DNA of 64,000 nucleotides from Methanobacteriota archaeon. GTDB taxonomy: Archaea; Thermoplasmatota; E2; JACPAO01; JAHWKR01. The stretch covers positions 2,137 through 66,136 of the forward strand of contig JAHWKR010000002.1 of assembly GCA_019347805.1 (NCBI GenBank), given 5' to 3'. Of this stretch, positions 62,272 through 64,000 are shown one piece after another. Under the pieces are notes generated by a model. It ran no database searches, was not told the DNA's origin, and saw nothing but the letters and a program-made list of their open reading frames with translations. The translations under genes and the position numbers were made by a program. The stretch's first letter is position 1. Every line of letters begins with the position of its first letter.

Positions 62272-63357
62272 GTGAAGGTCCTCCTCGTCGTTGGTGCCCG
62301 TCCCCAGTTCATCAAGATGGCACCGCTCGGTCGTCGTCTCGAGGGGCGGCACGAGGCGGTCCTGGTCCACACCGGACAACACTACGACCACGGCATGAGC
62401 GATGTCTTCTTCGAGGAACTGAAGATCATGCCGCCCCACCACCACCTCGGCGTCGGCTCGGGGCGGCACGGTGCACAGACCGGTCGGATGCTGGCCGCCC
62501 TCGAAGAGGTCATCCTGGACGAGTCACCCGATTGTGTCGTCGTCTATGGCGACACGAACTCGACCTTGGCGGGGGCCCTCGCGGCTGCCAAACTCGAGGT
62601 GCCCGTGGGCCATGTCGAGGCCGGTCTGCGAAGTTTCGACCGCACCATGCCCGAAGAGCTCAATCGGGTCGTGACGGACCACCTCTCCACCGGCCTGTTC
62701 TGTCCGTCCGATACGGCGGTCCAGAACCTCCGCAAGGAGGGGGTGGTCGACGGGGTGCACATGGTCGGCGATGTCATGGTGGACGCGTTCCAGGAGCATC
62801 TACCGGTCGCCCGCAAGGTGTCGGACGTCCTGGCGCGGAACGACCTGGAACCGGGCGGTTACTGGCTCGCCACGGTCCACCGTGCGGGCAACACCGACGA
62901 CCCGGTCCGACTGAGGGCGATCCTGGAAGCGTTCGCGGGTTCCGGTGAGACCGTGCTGCTCCCGCTCCACCCGCGAACGGTCGCTCGGGTCGACCAACAC
63001 GGGTTGCGTCCGCTTCTCGACAGTGGTGATGTGCGGGTCGTCCCGCCCCTTCCTTATCTGGACATGCTCGCGGCCTTGTCCGGCTGCAAGGGCGTCTTGA
63101 CCGACAGCGGCGGCTTGCAGAAAGAGGCCTATCTGGCCGGAAAGCCCGGGGTCACGCTTCGCGACAACACGGAGTGGGTGGAGACGGTGGAGGCGGGGTG
63201 GAACCTGCTTGTGGGCGCCGACGAAGAACGGATCCTGGAGGCGATGCGCTCCTTCCGGCCCTCCGGCGACAGAGCGACCCTCTACGGTGATGGCAAGGCC
63301 TCGGAACGCATCGTCGCGCTCCTCCCGGAGCTTTCCCAGACGCATCAAGTCGCGTGA
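62272..63357 (+). CDS. UDP-N-acetylglucosamine 2-epimerase (second copy)
   Basis: GTG start. (M)KVLLVVGARPQFIKMAP..HTGQHYDHGMSDVFFEEL. Confidence 0.85.
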   Translation: MKVLLVVGARPQFIKMAPLGRRLEGRHEAVLVHTGQHYDHGMSDVFFEELKIMPPHHHLGVGSGRHGAQTGRMLAALEEVILDESPDCVVVYGDTNSTLAGALAAAKLEVPVGHVEAGLRSFDRTMPEELNRVVTDHLSTGLFCPSDTAVQNLRKEGVVDGVHMVGDVMVDAFQEHLPVARKVSDVLARNDLEPGGYWLATVHRAGNTDDPVRLRAILEAFAGSGETVLLPLHPRTVARVDQHGLRPLLDSGDVRVVPPLPYLDMLAALSGCKGVLTDSGGLQKEAYLAGKPGVTLRDNTEWVETVEAGWNLLVGADEERILEAMRSFRPSGDRATLYGDGKASERIVALLPELSQTHQVA

Positions 63358-63395
63358 CCTAATGTTTTATAGACCGGGACCCAGACGCCGGGTCT

Positions 63396-64000
63396 GTGGC
63401 AGACCTGCGCGTCCTCGTCGTCCAGAACCAGCTCTGCTCCCGTGCCTGGCGCCATGCCAAGGTGCTGTCGGATGCCGGGGTCGAGGTGTCGCTCTTCGAG
63501 ACCGGGGAGCCGTCCGAAGGCTACGATTATTCGTTCTTCGACTCGCGCCACACGGCGGGGGTCGGGCGTGACCTGCGCAGCGTCGTCCTGGGCCGCAAGA
63601 AGGTCATCGCAGGGATGAAGGCGGCCGCCGATGCCACCGATGCCGATGTCATCCATTCCAATAACGGCCCGGATCACATGGGTGCTTGGGCGGCGCGGCA
63701 CCTGGACGTTCCCCTCCTGCACGATGTCCACGACCTGTGGAGCGCCACACCGGTCACCTATGTCCGTCCGTTCTTCCGTCCTGCCGTCAAGCGCATGGTG
63801 GCGGTTTGGGAGAAGCGCGCGGTCGAGGGGGCGGACCTCGTCCTCACGGTATCGGACGGCATGAAAGAGTACCTGGAGAGACGGCATCAGGTGGGCCGGT
63901 CGCGTGTCGTCGGCAACAAGAGCCTGCCGCAGAAGATCGACCCGAAGCCGAAGCTGAGCGCACGTGACGGCAAGGTCCATGTCGTCTACGCCGGCGGGAT
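63396..64000 (+). CDS. Glycosyltransferase (GT4-like), 3'-truncated by window end; paralog of 53311..54471
   Basis: GTG start. VADLRVLVVQNQLCSRAWRHAKVLSDAGVEVSLFE... aligns with the 53311 product as far as ...DGKVHVVYAGG. Confidence 0.65.
   Translation, partial: MADLRVLVVQNQLCSRAWRHAKVLSDAGVEVSLFETGEPSEGYDYSFFDSRHTAGVGRDLRSVVLGRKKVIAGMKAAADATDADVIHSNNGPDHMGAWAARHLDVPLLHDVHDLWSATPVTYVRPFFRPAVKRMVAVWEKRAVEGADLVLTVSDGMKEYLERRHQVGRSRVVGNKSLPQKIDPKPKLSARDGKVHVVYAGG

Overview
This is a high-GC (~68%) chromosomal segment of an archaeon, probably a euryarchaeote. The archaeal call rests on AMP phosphorylase plus ribose-1,5-bisphosphate isomerase, an archaeal-type malate dehydrogenase, a Sec61-beta gene, TFE, aTrm56, CTP-type riboflavin kinase, cysteine-lipobox lipoproteins and an NrpR-like operator. 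Gene content runs, left to right:
- two SRPBCC genes and the AMP-salvage pair (AMP phosphorylase, R15P isomerase);
- a large membrane protein carrying a beta-propeller and a degenerate ABC-ATPase domain;
- mdh, paralogous small secreted proteins, amt, icd, two tandem MscS channels, an NSS transporter and aconitase;
- more SRPBCC paralogs, a heme-oxygenase-like protein, an S8 protease, lipoproteins and a methyltransferase;
- a fatty-acid/propionate block (two acyl-CoA dehydrogenases, EtfBA, enoyl-CoA hydratase, FNT channel, BCCP, biotin carboxylase, carboxyltransferase) plus a DEAD-box helicase;
- RibK, aTrm56, TFE and a membrane-anchored response-regulator protein;
- a ~14-kb glycan biosynthesis cluster from 50.6 kb onward (GT2, Wzx flippase, several GT4s, a methyltransferase, two wecB paralogs, wecC, an AsnB-like amidotransferase).
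The structure not explained by ordinary annotation is:
- a perfect 3 x 60-bp tandem hairpin repeat that forms the 3' end of icd;
- a ~75-bp hairpin element repeated downstream of both acyl-CoA dehydrogenase paralogs;
- a 1.1-kb hairpin-dense interval after etfA that holds two paralogous ~48-codon ORFs;
- apparent CTG start codons for both etfB and etfA;
- a BC-TGA-BCCP in-frame junction;
- a GGAA-N6-TTCC palindrome upstream of amt.
Tandem paralog pairs are pervasive. Most long ORFs in the track are GC-driven antisense artefacts and were rejected. Coordinates I derived by counting may be off by 1-2 nt.
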